Below, one piece after another: positions 9,855 through 20,200 of a stretch of 64,000 nt of DNA. Both the position numbers and the translations under genes were made by a program. Source of the DNA: a virus; IMG/VR virus record IMGVR_UViG_3300037485_001282, positions 32,001 through 96,000 of that record. One strand, 5' to 3'. Each line of letters opens with the position of its first letter. Position 1 is the stretch's first letter. The notes below the pieces were generated by a model, which worked only from the letters and a program-made list of their open reading frames with translations, ran no database searches and was not told the DNA's origin.

Positions 9855-10621
9855 CAGAAGATGTAACCTGGATTTTTAATTAAAATTTCTTTTCTCGCTT
9901 CGTTTCTTTCATGATTTAGATGATATAAAGGTTTAATCAACCCAGCGTATGTTGGATCAACCCCCATTTGTTTTCGAAATCCAATTTCCGATTTTGTTAC
10001 AAAATGGTCAATTGAATTTACTGGAGTGTCTCTATAACCACCATATTCATAAAAGTTATTTTCTTTTAGCTTTTCTACATTGAAAATCTGAAATCCGCCA
10101 GTTCCTCTAGCTCCAGAAATAATTTTAGTATTAATACTTAATATTTTTTCGTGCCAGTTTTTTATTGGGGAATCTTCGTATATTTCATTATTAACTAACA
10201 TATTTCCATCACTAATTTCCATAGTTCGTCTAATAGCAGCGATGCATTTATTATTTCCTTTTTCTTTCCACTCACATAACAATGGAGTTAAGCTTGAAAA
10301 AAAATCAGGATGAAAAACCTCATCTGAGTCAACAAATAATATAAAATCACAAGAAGCGTTTTTAATATCGTTTGTTCTTGTAAATCCTCTCCTAAAAAAA
10401 GAATCGGAACACCATTCTCTATCATTTATCTTAATTTTATCTTTAAATGTAGATAAGAGTTTTTTTGTTAAATCTATTCCTGGGTCGCTTTTATGATAAT
10501 TCAACGTATAAACAATTGAAGGTAAATTGGTTTTAGTTTGGTCCGCTAAACTGCTTAGTTGCCACCAAGCTCTTCTCTGGTATCTATATTGAAAATTAGC
10601 GATTTCTATAGAAATAGTCAT
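9854..10621 (-). CDS. GT-A (GT2-like) glycosyltransferase
   Basis: DFILFVDSDE DxD motif, GGFQ, LYHLNH. Confidence 0.7.
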   Translation of the reverse strand: MTISIEIANFQYRYQRRAWWQLSSLADQTKTNLPSIVYTLNYHKSDPGIDLTKKLLSTFKDKIKINDREWCSDSFFRRGFTRTNDIKNASCDFILFVDSDEVFHPDFFSSLTPLLCEWKEKGNNKCIAAIRRTMEISDGNMLVNNEIYEDSPIKNWHEKILSINTKIISGARGTGGFQIFNVEKLKENNFYEYGGYRDTPVNSIDHFVTKSEIGFRKQMGVDPTYAGLIKPLYHLNHERNEARKEILIKNPGYIF

Positions 10622-11334
10622 GCGTTTTCCTTTAGTATGTAATCTTTGAAATCTGTATATACTGGATTTAAAAAGTATTCTAGATTACAATCAATTGAAA
10701 TTCCACTATTTAATCTTAGTAATCTCCATTGAATCTGATCGTCACATATGTTATTTTCTTTATATTGATCTATTAAAATAGTCATTAAGTTTTTAATCTT
10801 TTCTTTTTTCCCAAAAAAGCACCCAGCATTTAAGTGAAAGAAATCTTTGTCTGGTAAAATCTGTTTTTCTTTATCGATAATATATTCCATATTCAGTTTT
10901 TTGAGTTTTTTAAGTTGATTTCCTTTTTCGGATTGAAAAATAATATCATCTTTGATATTTAAAAGTCTAGTTAAATCACCTTGGAGAAATACGTCATAAG
11001 AATCTACACATAATACAAACTCTTCGGCAATTTTATCGTAATTTTCAATAAAACCATGTATTTTTTCCATCCAGTTAAATTCAACGTTTGTTCTGGCGCA
11101 ATTATAATATTTAACTCTATTGTTTATACAAATTTGTTCCAAGACACCGCGTTTTCTTCTCCTTAAATCATTATTATAAGTTACTATTGCTATATTCTTA
11201 GGAACAGTAATTTTAAAGTCATTTAGTCTTTTTTCACAGAAATCCCATAGTCTCCAGTCCCATGATTTGGGTCCACCCGAAAAATGTATCGCTAATGGTT
11301 CCTTTATGGAATCTTTATGATTATATTTTAACAT
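10618..11334 (-). CDS. PLOD-type GT-A glycosyltransferase domain protein
   Basis: VLCVDSYDVF, IIFQSEK, HLNAGCFFG, DDQ, IDCN.EYF match the lysyl hydroxylase/glycosyltransferase GT domain pattern. Confidence 0.7.
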   Translation of the reverse strand: MLKYNHKDSIKEPLAIHFSGGPKSWDWRLWDFCEKRLNDFKITVPKNIAIVTYNNDLRRRKRGVLEQICINNRVKYYNCARTNVEFNWMEKIHGFIENYDKIAEEFVLCVDSYDVFLQGDLTRLLNIKDDIIFQSEKGNQLKKLKKLNMEYIIDKEKQILPDKDFFHLNAGCFFGKKEKIKNLMTILIDQYKENNICDDQIQWRLLRLNSGISIDCNLEYFLNPVYTDFKDYILKENA

Positions 11335-11336
11335 AA

Positions 11337-12053
11337 TTACACTCTTTCTATTCGTTCCTTAAGATACTTCAATTTACTCTTAACATCCTTCTTAGCACAA
11401 TGATGAATCAATATAGTATCTTTGCCTTCTTCTTTTTGATACTTAGGATAATAAATATACTTAGAATCATAAAGACCAATATCATCTATTCCCAAGTAAA
11501 TCATACTATTCAACGCACTCTGATCATTAAGTGAAAGCAGATCTCTATCTTTTTTTCTGGTATTGTAAAATGTCTTCCAGTTATCTAGAAAATCATAGTT
11601 ACTTTCATTAAACGAAAATACGCCAGAGCAAAATGGCTTTACCCTTTCTGGAATAGTCTCTTCGTAGTTATATAAAGAACCACCATACCATTTATAGTTT
11701 CTTTTATTTAATTCAATTGGAGTTAAGAAAATTAAAGGGTCTTCAGCAACTTCTAGTTCCTTAAATAACCTGTCTATCGACCTAACAGCAATAACATCAG
11801 TATCTAAATATAAGTACCTATCGTAACCAGAAGCAAATTCAAGGATCTTCGCTCTATACATACAAAGATCATATAAGTTGCTAGATGGTTCCTTAAAGAC
11901 AATAGTCTTAGCTCCTTCAAATTTATAATCAATGTCACTCAGAACAACAATGTCCCCACTATAACCAGTCTTCTTTAAACTGGATATAGTGAGGTCAGCA
12001 AATTCCTTGTAAATCTTATTACCAAATACAACTAGGTAAACTAAGGTGCTCAT
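11337..12053 (-). CDS. GT8-like glycosyltransferase
   Basis: YLYLDTDV, FCSGVF, NDQSALN, ILIHH motifs. Confidence 0.8.
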   Translation of the reverse strand: MSTLVYLVVFGNKIYKEFADLTISSLKKTGYSGDIVVLSDIDYKFEGAKTIVFKEPSSNLYDLCMYRAKILEFASGYDRYLYLDTDVIAVRSIDRLFKELEVAEDPLIFLTPIELNKRNYKWYGGSLYNYEETIPERVKPFCSGVFSFNESNYDFLDNWKTFYNTRKKDRDLLSLNDQSALNSMIYLGIDDIGLYDSKYIYYPKYQKEEGKDTILIHHCAKKDVKSKLKYLKERIERV

Positions 12054-12292
12054 TTTGCATCTTGGGTAATCGTAATCACCTCAACATTAGGAGCACTAAG
12101 CATCTCCTTCTGCTTAGATGCTTCTAGCTCCTTCTTTTGCTTCTCCTGCTCTGCCATTTGAGCAACAAAAGCCTCTACAGTTCCTATTGACTGATAAGCT
12201 AACTGACCCTCCTGAGAAGGTAAATTGTCGGCAATAGCAGCAAGTCCCTTACGGGCTAAAAAGATTAAATTTTGAAGATCCTGAAGTGTCAT
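12050..12292 (-). CDS. Hypothetical protein
   Basis: 80 aa, AAGGA RBS, upstream TGCTATAAT. Confidence 0.65.
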   Translation of the reverse strand: MTLQDLQNLIFLARKGLAAIADNLPSQEGQLAYQSIGTVEAFVAQMAEQEKQKKELEASKQKEMLSAPNVEVITITQDAK

Positions 12293-12330
12293 TTATAGTT
12301 CCTTTAAAGATAATTATAGCAACTTCTAGT

Positions 12331-14535
12331 TTATTTTATCTCACATCCACCACCAGAGCAACTAGCAGCAGCCAAAGTGTTCATATCAAATTTAAAATCT
12401 TCTTCCATAAACAAAGACCAGTCAACGTCTTGATATTCTCGCTTAAGATCTAACCATAGTTTCCAAAGAGAAACGTGCTTAAGTAAATGTGAGCATTTTC
12501 GCAAATCACCATCAACGTATCTAGCTGCAAATTGCTTAAACCGTCTAACCCAATCTTTTTTCTTTTCTTCTTTATTGAAATTTTCTACATCATCATAATA
12601 CTGTTTAAGATCCCCAGCATATTTTATTAATTTGCTTGCGTGTTGTTTGTCTGTGAATCCATTTTTGGCGGGTCTAATCGGTTCTTCTGGTTTATTTAAA
12701 TTTATAATCTGTTGCCCAATATCTAATGCACAGTCGCACGCTGCCCATAAGTTATCACTAAAAGCATCCAATCCATCAACTATAAGACCAGACGCAAAAA
12801 GAGATCCTTCTCCGTATTCAGCGATTAGTTCCTTTTCATTTAAAATATTAGAAAAAGGAGCTTGTGGATAATCTAAATCACCAGAGAACGGCAATAGTGA
12901 AATTCCACCGAACCATTTTTTATTATGATAAATAAACTTTTCAACTTCGTCCCATTCTTCATTTTTTACCGAAATGGTGTTGGATACATTATGACGCAAC
13001 CAAGGTTGAACGCTTCTTGTTGTTGTTCCGTATTCAACCCAGTTTTGTTGAGTTAACATAACTTTTTCTAATAACTCAATCGCGCCAACTTGATTCTTTA
13101 CAATCGCGCCATCTGGCACTTCACACAAGAAACTTATAACTTTATCGTTTCCCGATTTACTCCAAACAGATTTTTCAACCGCTTTAGGATTATGTACCTC
13201 AAAATATTGAAGAGGGGATTCCATAATATTCGCTTGAACGCGCCGCAAATATCTCCTTGAGAAAGAAGGGTGAATTCCATTGGAAACACCTAGGAGACAA
13301 GAAGATGTGCCCTCTGGCTTTATTGCATTTACTCTTGCTGCCGCATTTATTCCCAATAATTTTGCGATCCTTTCGTTGGTTTCTATTATAGTTTTGGCCC
13401 CATTCTGCTGGAAGATTGGATTAAGTGCTATAGTTGGGTTATCCATTATCCCAGTCATAGAACACCCGAGTAACGCCTCTCGTTTATTAATATCTTCAGT
13501 TACTTTTCCAAGATATGGAAATTTATTGTATGACGCTTGTATTGTTCCAACAATAGCCGATGCTTTACACGCAGAGTAAAAATCCTCCTCTGTTTTACAT
13601 TTCTTAACGTTAATGGTAGTTAAATTACAGAATTCCCATCCAGAATTTCCTTCTTCGTCGTAGCCATAAAGGCCAATTTCGCAGCAGTTATGTAGAATTA
13701 GGCCACTGGAGTCAAACGCATGAGCGCCATTTATGGTGCAGTCATAAACGTCTTTTTTTCCAACATATTCAATATTTTCTACTATTGCTGTTTTACTTGT
13801 GCGAAACACTGAATATTCTTCATAATGGGGGTCGTTTTCGGTTTCTTTCTTATACTCGAAATAAGCGTCTGACTTATAAAAAGAATGATCGTGTACCATT
13901 AAAAATTCACCGATAGTAATATGTTTTTGCTCTACCCATTCTGGCTTATTGTTTCGCAAAACAAGTAACTTATGGTTTGATGTTGTTTCGACCGATTTAC
14001 CACATGTGGTTGTGATCTTATACACATCTTTATTTCCAGTATAGAAGAATCCGCTCTCAGTTGATTTAAATTCTTCACCATTAACCAACGCAATGAATTG
14101 GTTTCCGATCAAATCATTAACAGTTTTTATACCAGATGCCGTTAAAATTTCGGTTTCGCCTGGAACACATGGGTTAAACAAGGCTCTGTCGTTATCGGTC
14201 CAAATAAATCCTGGTTCACCAAAATCTTTAGTCGATTTAAATAATTTAGAAAAATCATCTTTAGAAATCTCGCTTCTAACTAGTAACGCGGAGTTATTAG
14301 ATCTTCCTCGTTGGGGGTTTTTTATAAACCAATCTGCCGTTTTCGCTTTAGCCATTTCTTCATCATCTGGTGAAAATAAACATATTACTGCTGAATTATG
14401 TGAAATAGAAGTAAACCCATTAAGTTCATTTTTTGCATTAAAACAATGAACCTCATTTACTTCTATATCATATGTGTTTTCTTCCCCATAACTGGAAACA
14501 CATGTTACTCTTGAAAGTTTAAAGTTACTCTTCAT
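12331..14535 (-). CDS. nrdJ: Class II ribonucleotide reductase, C-terminal part (split-intein C half plus an internal mini-intein)
   Basis: Begins with a 47 aa IntC (YDIEV...SHN|S). RNR motifs RSNNSA, GEPG, NP[intein]CCEI, CNLT, KPEGTSS, HNVSNT, C-terminal CSGGGC. Confidence 0.9.
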   Translation of the reverse strand: MKSNFKLSRVTCVSSYGEENTYDIEVNEVHCFNAKNELNGFTSISHNSAVICLFSPDDEEMAKAKTADWFIKNPQRGRSNNSALLVRSEISKDDFSKLFKSTKDFGEPGFIWTDNDRALFNPCVPGETEILTASGIKTVNDLIGNQFIALVNGEEFKSTESGFFYTGNKDVYKITTTCGKSVETTSNHKLLVLRNNKPEWVEQKHITIGEFLMVHDHSFYKSDAYFEYKKETENDPHYEEYSVFRTSKTAIVENIEYVGKKDVYDCTINGAHAFDSSGLILHNCCEIGLYGYDEEGNSGWEFCNLTTINVKKCKTEEDFYSACKASAIVGTIQASYNKFPYLGKVTEDINKREALLGCSMTGIMDNPTIALNPIFQQNGAKTIIETNERIAKLLGINAAARVNAIKPEGTSSCLLGVSNGIHPSFSRRYLRRVQANIMESPLQYFEVHNPKAVEKSVWSKSGNDKVISFLCEVPDGAIVKNQVGAIELLEKVMLTQQNWVEYGTTTRSVQPWLRHNVSNTISVKNEEWDEVEKFIYHNKKWFGGISLLPFSGDLDYPQAPFSNILNEKELIAEYGEGSLFASGLIVDGLDAFSDNLWAACDCALDIGQQIINLNKPEEPIRPAKNGFTDKQHASKLIKYAGDLKQYYDDVENFNKEEKKKDWVRRFKQFAARYVDGDLRKCSHLLKHVSLWKLWLDLKREYQDVDWSLFMEEDFKFDMNTLAAASCSGGGCEIK
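13687..14169 (-). mobile_element. Contiguous mini-intein (161 aa) at the catalytic NP|C site of NrdJ
   Basis: NP|CVPGETEIL...TTSNHK (block B)...VYDCTI..AHAF...LHN|CCE; too short to hold an endonuclease. Confidence 0.9.
14395..14535 (-). mobile_element. Split intein C-fragment (NrdJ), 47 aa
   Basis: Blocks F/G: TYDIEVNEVHCF...ISHN followed by Ser+1. Confidence 0.88.
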
Positions 14536-15766
14536 TTATTTTATCTCCTTTGATAAATTTAATCGCATTGAATAGCGTTAGTGTTGGATATTTAATAAAG
14601 TCATTTTCCCATATAGTTAATATTTCATAGCCAGATTTAATTGCGAGAAGATATTTTAAATGATCTTTTTTCCAAATATCCTCGGCTCTTACATCATTAT
14701 ACCTCATTCTTATAATTGAATCTGGTCCGTGTTTAATTGGATTGGCATGCCAGTAGTCCCCATTAAACTCTATTAATTTGTCTTCGTAGTTGAAATCATA
14801 AGATAAAGTAATGTCTCTACTCGCTGAGTTCTTCTGGATAAGATCAATTTCATTTTCGCCATATTTACATTTTTCTACATCCAATCCACCCGTTGTTATT
14901 AATTTTTCGAAGAAATCGGTTGATATTTTGGATACGTTTTTCCCAAAGGATCTAGAATTTCTAGTTTGATTCCGTTTCATTTCTTCATATAGCAGCTTAC
15001 CTTCGATTTCCCCATATTTATTAGTAAAATAATCCAAGTTCATTTTACCAGAAGCCGAACCAAAAAACCAAGAATTTCCATATTTTTTATTATTTGTTTC
15101 TTTTGTTTTTTCGGTGGGACAGACGCCAGTTAAATTTTCTAATCCGTATTTTTCTATTCTGGTTTTTGTTGCTTTTTCTAGAAACTCTGGGCACTGCATA
15201 GTATGTTCATGTCCATATTTTTCTTTTAACGTTGCTCTACTTTTTTTCTTAATATCTTCGTTTTGAAATACATTCTCGAATCCATATTTTTCAATAAATT
15301 TTTTCTTTATTTTTTCTTTAACATATTCTTGTTGGGCTGGGTTAATGTAACCATATTTTTCTAATAACTTCTCTTTTTGTCTTTTAACGATTTCTGGGTG
15401 TTTCCTGCACTCATGGCTACATGCGTATATTCTATCAGGATGGTTTTTAAGGTAACATGGTTTAATGTGAACAAAATTATTGCAATCTGGATTCGCGCAT
15501 TTTCTATCTTCGCCTGGGAATTTTTTTGCGTTTTTTTCTTTTATTTTTAATTTGGATACGGGATTTTGTGATGGATATTCATAGCCATGTTTTTTAATAA
15601 AATTTTCTTTTTTTATCTTCAATACTAGTGGATTTTCCGCACATTCTTTGCAACAAGTATGCACTTTATCTGGGTGAGATAATATCTCCCACTTTCTCAC
15701 GTAAACCATATTTCCACACTCTGGGTTTCCGCATTTCTTGTATTCTCCTGTTCGATGTCCTGCCAT
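14525..15766 (-). CDS. Free-standing Vsr-like homing endonuclease inside fractured nrdJ
   Basis: Two C.NP.C zinc-binding repeats, multiple EKYG.E...Q repeats, C-terminal YDF...LIEFNGDYWH...IWEND nuclease. Confidence 0.8.
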   Translation of the reverse strand: MAGHRTGEYKKCGNPECGNMVYVRKWEILSHPDKVHTCCKECAENPLVLKIKKENFIKKHGYEYPSQNPVSKLKIKEKNAKKFPGEDRKCANPDCNNFVHIKPCYLKNHPDRIYACSHECRKHPEIVKRQKEKLLEKYGYINPAQQEYVKEKIKKKFIEKYGFENVFQNEDIKKKSRATLKEKYGHEHTMQCPEFLEKATKTRIEKYGLENLTGVCPTEKTKETNNKKYGNSWFFGSASGKMNLDYFTNKYGEIEGKLLYEEMKRNQTRNSRSFGKNVSKISTDFFEKLITTGGLDVEKCKYGENEIDLIQKNSASRDITLSYDFNYEDKLIEFNGDYWHANPIKHGPDSIIRMRYNDVRAEDIWKKDHLKYLLAIKSGYEILTIWENDFIKYPTLTLFNAIKFIKGDKINEE

Positions 15767-15771
15767 GTTTT

Positions 15772-15800
15772 GTCTCCTAATATGTATTTATAGGAGGACA
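15772..15800 (-). promoter_or_regulatory. Late promoter (TATAAATA 15792-15785) inside an RBS-sequestering hairpin
   Basis: Minus strand TGTCCTCCTA-TAAATACATAT-TAGGAGACA-AAAC-ATG. Confidence 0.8.
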
Positions 15801-15823
15801 TCGTTCCACCAGTGGATACAAGG

Positions 15824-16840
15824 TTAAGCCTCACCAATCAATGAATAATCTTGTGTTAGATCTTTTGCCATTACCCACTCCTCTGACTCGGTTATGTGAT
15901 TAAAAGCTAACCACTTGTGATTTGGAGTAGAAACATGAAACCCGTCCTCTGTATCTATTTTTAGTAATTTCTGAACCCCATTATTATATGTATTATTAAC
16001 AGTATATTCGTTCCCCATGTACTGTATAGTATCTCCTTTTTTTACTTCAGTGATGTTTTTATATATTCCATTTGCCATCTGAACAGAATAGAAAGAAGGT
16101 AAACACCGTCTAACCCCACCAGATATGACCCCATCGCTGGCGTGCATAATAATATCATATGCTTCAATTGGCTTTAATTTTTCTCTATCTTCTTTAAGAA
16201 CGTTTTCAAATATACCTTCAATTAACTGGAGACTTTTTCTTAGCGCATCTGGGCCAGGGGCTTTGCCACCCCAACTTACAGTAGATCCCGCTGGTCTAAT
16301 TTTAGAAAAATCAAAAGAGATAGTCTTTTCGAAATATTCTGGAAATGGTTGGTCTTTGGTGAAGTAAGAAGAAACTAAAGCACCTAAAGAATCGGCCCAG
16401 CCTTCTATACTATCTTCAACAACAAATACTACCTTTTCATCTGATCGTTTAGCAATGGGGGGCAATTTATCTACGTCTTTGTGTTGAAAACTAGTTCCCG
16501 CGCCACATCCAGCTAGAAGTAAAAACAGCAACTCTTGAAAGAATCTAGGACGATCACAATACGAAGCGCAACAATTAAAAATTCTCTCCTGTTTCTTTAA
16601 AATTGGATCTCCACCGAACTGCAAGGCTCTTTGGGAGCCTAAGATTCTTTTTTTAAGCATCATATCTTTTGCAAAGTAAAAATCTTCTTTTATAGAATCT
16701 AATTTAGCTCCTAAGTGTTTCTCATGCATATCGAAGACTCTATTGATTTGCTCTTCCCAAGTTTCTCTTCGTTTCTTTTCTGGTAAATATTTGGAGTATT
16801 TTGAGATGCGGGTATATTCTGCTAGAGCCTTGATGGACAT
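15824..16840 (-). CDS. nrdJ: Class II ribonucleotide reductase, N-terminal part ending in a split-intein N half
   Basis: SKY.......RRETWEE, LGSQRALQFGG, FNC, DSIEGWAD, IRPAG, GGVRR|CL... intein. Confidence 0.9.
   Translation of the reverse strand: MSIKALAEYTRISKYSKYLPEKKRRETWEEQINRVFDMHEKHLGAKLDSIKEDFYFAKDMMLKKRILGSQRALQFGGDPILKKQERIFNCCASYCDRPRFFQELLFLLLAGCGAGTSFQHKDVDKLPPIAKRSDEKVVFVVEDSIEGWADSLGALVSSYFTKDQPFPEYFEKTISFDFSKIRPAGSTVSWGGKAPGPDALRKSLQLIEGIFENVLKEDREKLKPIEAYDIIMHASDGVISGGVRRCLPSFYSVQMANGIYKNITEVKKGDTIQYMGNEYTVNNTYNNGVQKLLKIDTEDGFHVSTPNHKWLAFNHITESEEWVMAKDLTQDYSLIGEA
15827..16105 (-). mobile_element. Split intein N-fragment (NrdJ), 93 aa
   Basis: Cys1 CLPSFYSV, I.EVKKGD, STPNHKW block B, W..AKDL. 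Confidence 0.88.
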
Positions 16841-16941
16841 ATGTAATTACCTTTCTAAGTAAAAATGTAAGCCTATTTATCATAACTTTTTTAGATTTTT
16901 TTTAAGTTTCTTTTAAGTCCCTTTTAGGGGCTTAATTAACT

Positions 16942-16973
16942 AAAAAAGTTCCTTGAAATTTCTTCCAAGGAAC
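16942..16973 (-). terminator. Probable intrinsic terminator
   Basis: GTTCCTTG/CAAGGAAC stem followed by a T6 run on the minus strand. Confidence 0.55.
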
Positions 16974-17018
16974 CTAATTATACTCTGAGAAAATAAACTT
17001 CAATAGAAACTTTTTGAA

Positions 17019-17207
17019 CTATCTACGACCACCGCAACCACACCCTTTTTTTGGCGCTGTAGGTACTGTAGGAGCATTAGGAGCTTGTGTTGGCATTGGA
17101 GTAGCGGTAGGTAAATTAGTGGCTGTAATGACCTCTTTTCGTGTGCTAGGGTCTATTTTTATCTCCTCAGTTACTAATACGCCATTTCGGTATCGCTTGA
17201 TTATCAT
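17019..17207 (-). CDS. Small protein with Pro/Thr linker and C-terminal KKGCGCGGRR
   Basis: 62 aa, AAGGA RBS. Confidence 0.65.
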   Translation of the reverse strand: MIIKRYRNGVLVTEEIKIDPSTRKEVITATNLPTATPMPTQAPNAPTVPTAPKKGCGCGGRR

Positions 17208-17223
17208 TTGAGTTCCTTTAGGA

Positions 17224-20200
17224 TCATTCCGCCGATTTTCGCCACTTCTCGTTGCCTTTTTCTTTTTCGCTTTTAGTTGCTTCGATTACTTTGGCTAACC
17301 ATATGTCGTTAGTAGGAGAAGTTTCAAAAGTATCTACTAGAGTTTGATTTTTATTCCAAACATCTATAAAGATATTTTCGCCTTTTTTAACTTGAAAGGA
17401 ATATTTTGCTAACATTTTAATAATGTTAATTTGCTCGGAGGTTAATGGTTGTCCTATAGTCATTCCATTAAGTTCCTCTGACCATCTTACATTACCAGTT
17501 CCAATACAGTATTCGATGTCACAGTCGTATCCTTGGCTTCTTGCGTAACTCATGTGAGATTGTCTGCCAATTTCAATAGCTTCACCGTCTCTACCAATAA
17601 ATCCTCTTGGAAAGTCAAAAGTATCTTCGAAGTCATCATCGTTTAATGAAAAGTTCTCAGAAACGGCTTTTCTATTAACTTTAGATGCTTGTATTACTCT
17701 TGATAACCAAATTTCGTTGGTAGGAGAAGAATTAAGACAAATAGCAGCACCATCATCATTCCACACCTCAACGATAATATTTTCGCCACGTTTTACAATC
17801 GGGGAATATTTACAGATTTTTTTAATAACCTCTATTTGGTCTCTAGTCATTGGCTGCCCAATGTCTATTGAATTTGTTATTTCTGACCAGCGGATATTAC
17901 CTGTCTTTCTAACATAATCAATAGCATCGTTATAACCTTGATCCGCAGCAAATTCATTATGAGACAAATTAGTTATGTTTATCCTATTTCCTTCTCTATC
18001 TATAAAACAATCGGGCAAATCAAAAGTTTCTGTCTCATCATCATGTACCGAGAAATCTTCATTTAGACTCTTGGTATTTAACCATATATTATCCATATCC
18101 ATAATGAACATAGATTTACCAGAATAATCTTTATTTTCCGCGACTTCTACTGAGTCGTAGCCTTTTTCTTTAATTCGCTTAACGACTTCTGGTTTGTCCA
18201 ACATATTCCAATCGATGAGATTTTCGGAGAAAATCGCCATAAGCCATTCGCCACAATCCTCAGATTTCTCATCGTTAATGACTTCCTTGTAATTTATACC
18301 ATTTTCGACTTCGATATACCTTTTACCGTTCTTTTCAACTATGGCTGGTTCGAAAATGTAAAGACAATCGTTATAAACTTTAACGCACTCAGTTGAATCC
18401 AACGTAGAGGCTGGGATCATGTCTGGGCTTAAAAATGGCTTGTAAGATCTCAAATAAAACGAATTGACGTACCGCCCATACCCTCTCGCGTCCTTCGCTG
18501 ACTCAGAAAAGAAAATACCACTAGAGGTGACTTCATACTCGTCAAATAGGACCGATCTTATTGATTTCTTTCCAATCTCAAATTTATTAAACTTTTCATT
18601 TGTGCCATGATAAAATACTCTCGGTTTCCCAGAATCATCAACTAATTTAGAACCACGGAACCAATCTTCAAAGTCGGAATTATCGTTTCTGGATACTTCT
18701 TCATTTAAATAATTAAAAGACTCCCCAAGTATCTTCTCTAAAGGAACTTTATAGATACTTTTAAATACTTCTATTAAATAGTCGATACCTTCTGAGTTAC
18801 CTTTAAGTATCTTTGAGTATCTTTTAAGTTCATTACTAGTATCTTTGAGTAGCTTTATGTTACTTTTGTATTTTATGGGATCTGAAGTTTCTTTAGTTAA
18901 TAGGATAGCGTCTTTAAGTTCTATTAGTTTATTTCTAGAACCTCTTAGTAACTCTATAGCTTCTTTTTTGACATTAGAGAAGTCAGCGGTTTCTTTAACT
19001 AGGGACTTTAGAGTCTCTGTGATTATCTGTGAAGGATCTTGAATAGAAGGATCCTTAGAAGATACTTGGTAGAGACTTTGAGTGACTGAAGTATCTGAAT
19101 TAACGTTGAGATGAAGTAGCTTTGATTTAATTTGTGCCTTTAAGTTACTAATAATATCTACGGTTTCGTTTTTCAATTTACTATTAGTTTCTTTTTCGTT
19201 CACATAATTTTCTGAATAGGCTTTAAATTCTATTACTTTTCCTTCTTTTGCTTTGGCTCTAATGATTAGACCTTCTATAGCGTCTGGGGAGAAGTTACTT
19301 TTTACGTTATTAGAATGAGTATCTAAAGCTTCTTGGATTTTCTTTTTAGATTCTGTAAGTAGCTCTACTACTCTTCGTTTTTCTGGAGTTAATTTAGAGT
19401 TTAATAGTTCCTTTAATTTAGTTATTCCATTTTCTGATTTTAGGTAAGTATCTAATTGTTTAAAGTTAAAATCAATTGAGAGTGGTTCAGCTATAGAAGC
19501 ATGAGTAGTGTCTGAAAATACTCTCCATTCTTTTGAGTCTGCGTCTTGGACATTAGTGATGAGTTTATTTAAGGTTGTTCTATTTGGCTGAGTCCAGTTT
19601 TTTCCATCCAAGACTTGTGCATTGAAAACCATGAAGCTACCTTGATTTCCTACAATTTTCCTATCGTAAGAAACTTCCTTAACTTTAATAGGAGCTTCAA
19701 TATCATCTGCATTAGGATTTACTATTAGTTCAGCTTCAAATTTAATAGGATCGTCTAGTTCCTTTGAAAGAGAATTTAAGACGGAGATTACTAGCTTATT
19801 CTCTAAAAGGAACTTAAAGGTATTTTTGAAAGTTTCATTATCTGAAAATTTAGTTTCGTAATTATCTTTAGTTACTTCACCAGAGTCTCTAGATTCCATA
19901 AAGAAGTCTTTATTTTTATTAAGACCAAATTGGCAATATAAAGCGTCGATCTTTTCAACTATATTAACTTCGGTATTGTCTGCAACTAAGTTTCCTTTAG
20001 TTATATGAGGATAGATTATTTCTAAAAGATCAATGTAGTCACTAGTGGATAATTCTGTTGGATCTCCATCTAGTTTAGGGATTCTTTTAGTTTTCTTTTC
20101 TTCATTATATATTAACGAGTTTGCTTGTTCGGTTAGATTTGATATTTCTTTATCAATAGGGATAACAGGGAAATCTTGATCTAATATTTTATTAATACCG

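Noticed and set aside
16845-17010. Cobalamin riboswitch upstream of nrdJ
   Set aside because: Only two simple hairpins in AT-rich sequence; no recognisable B12-box.
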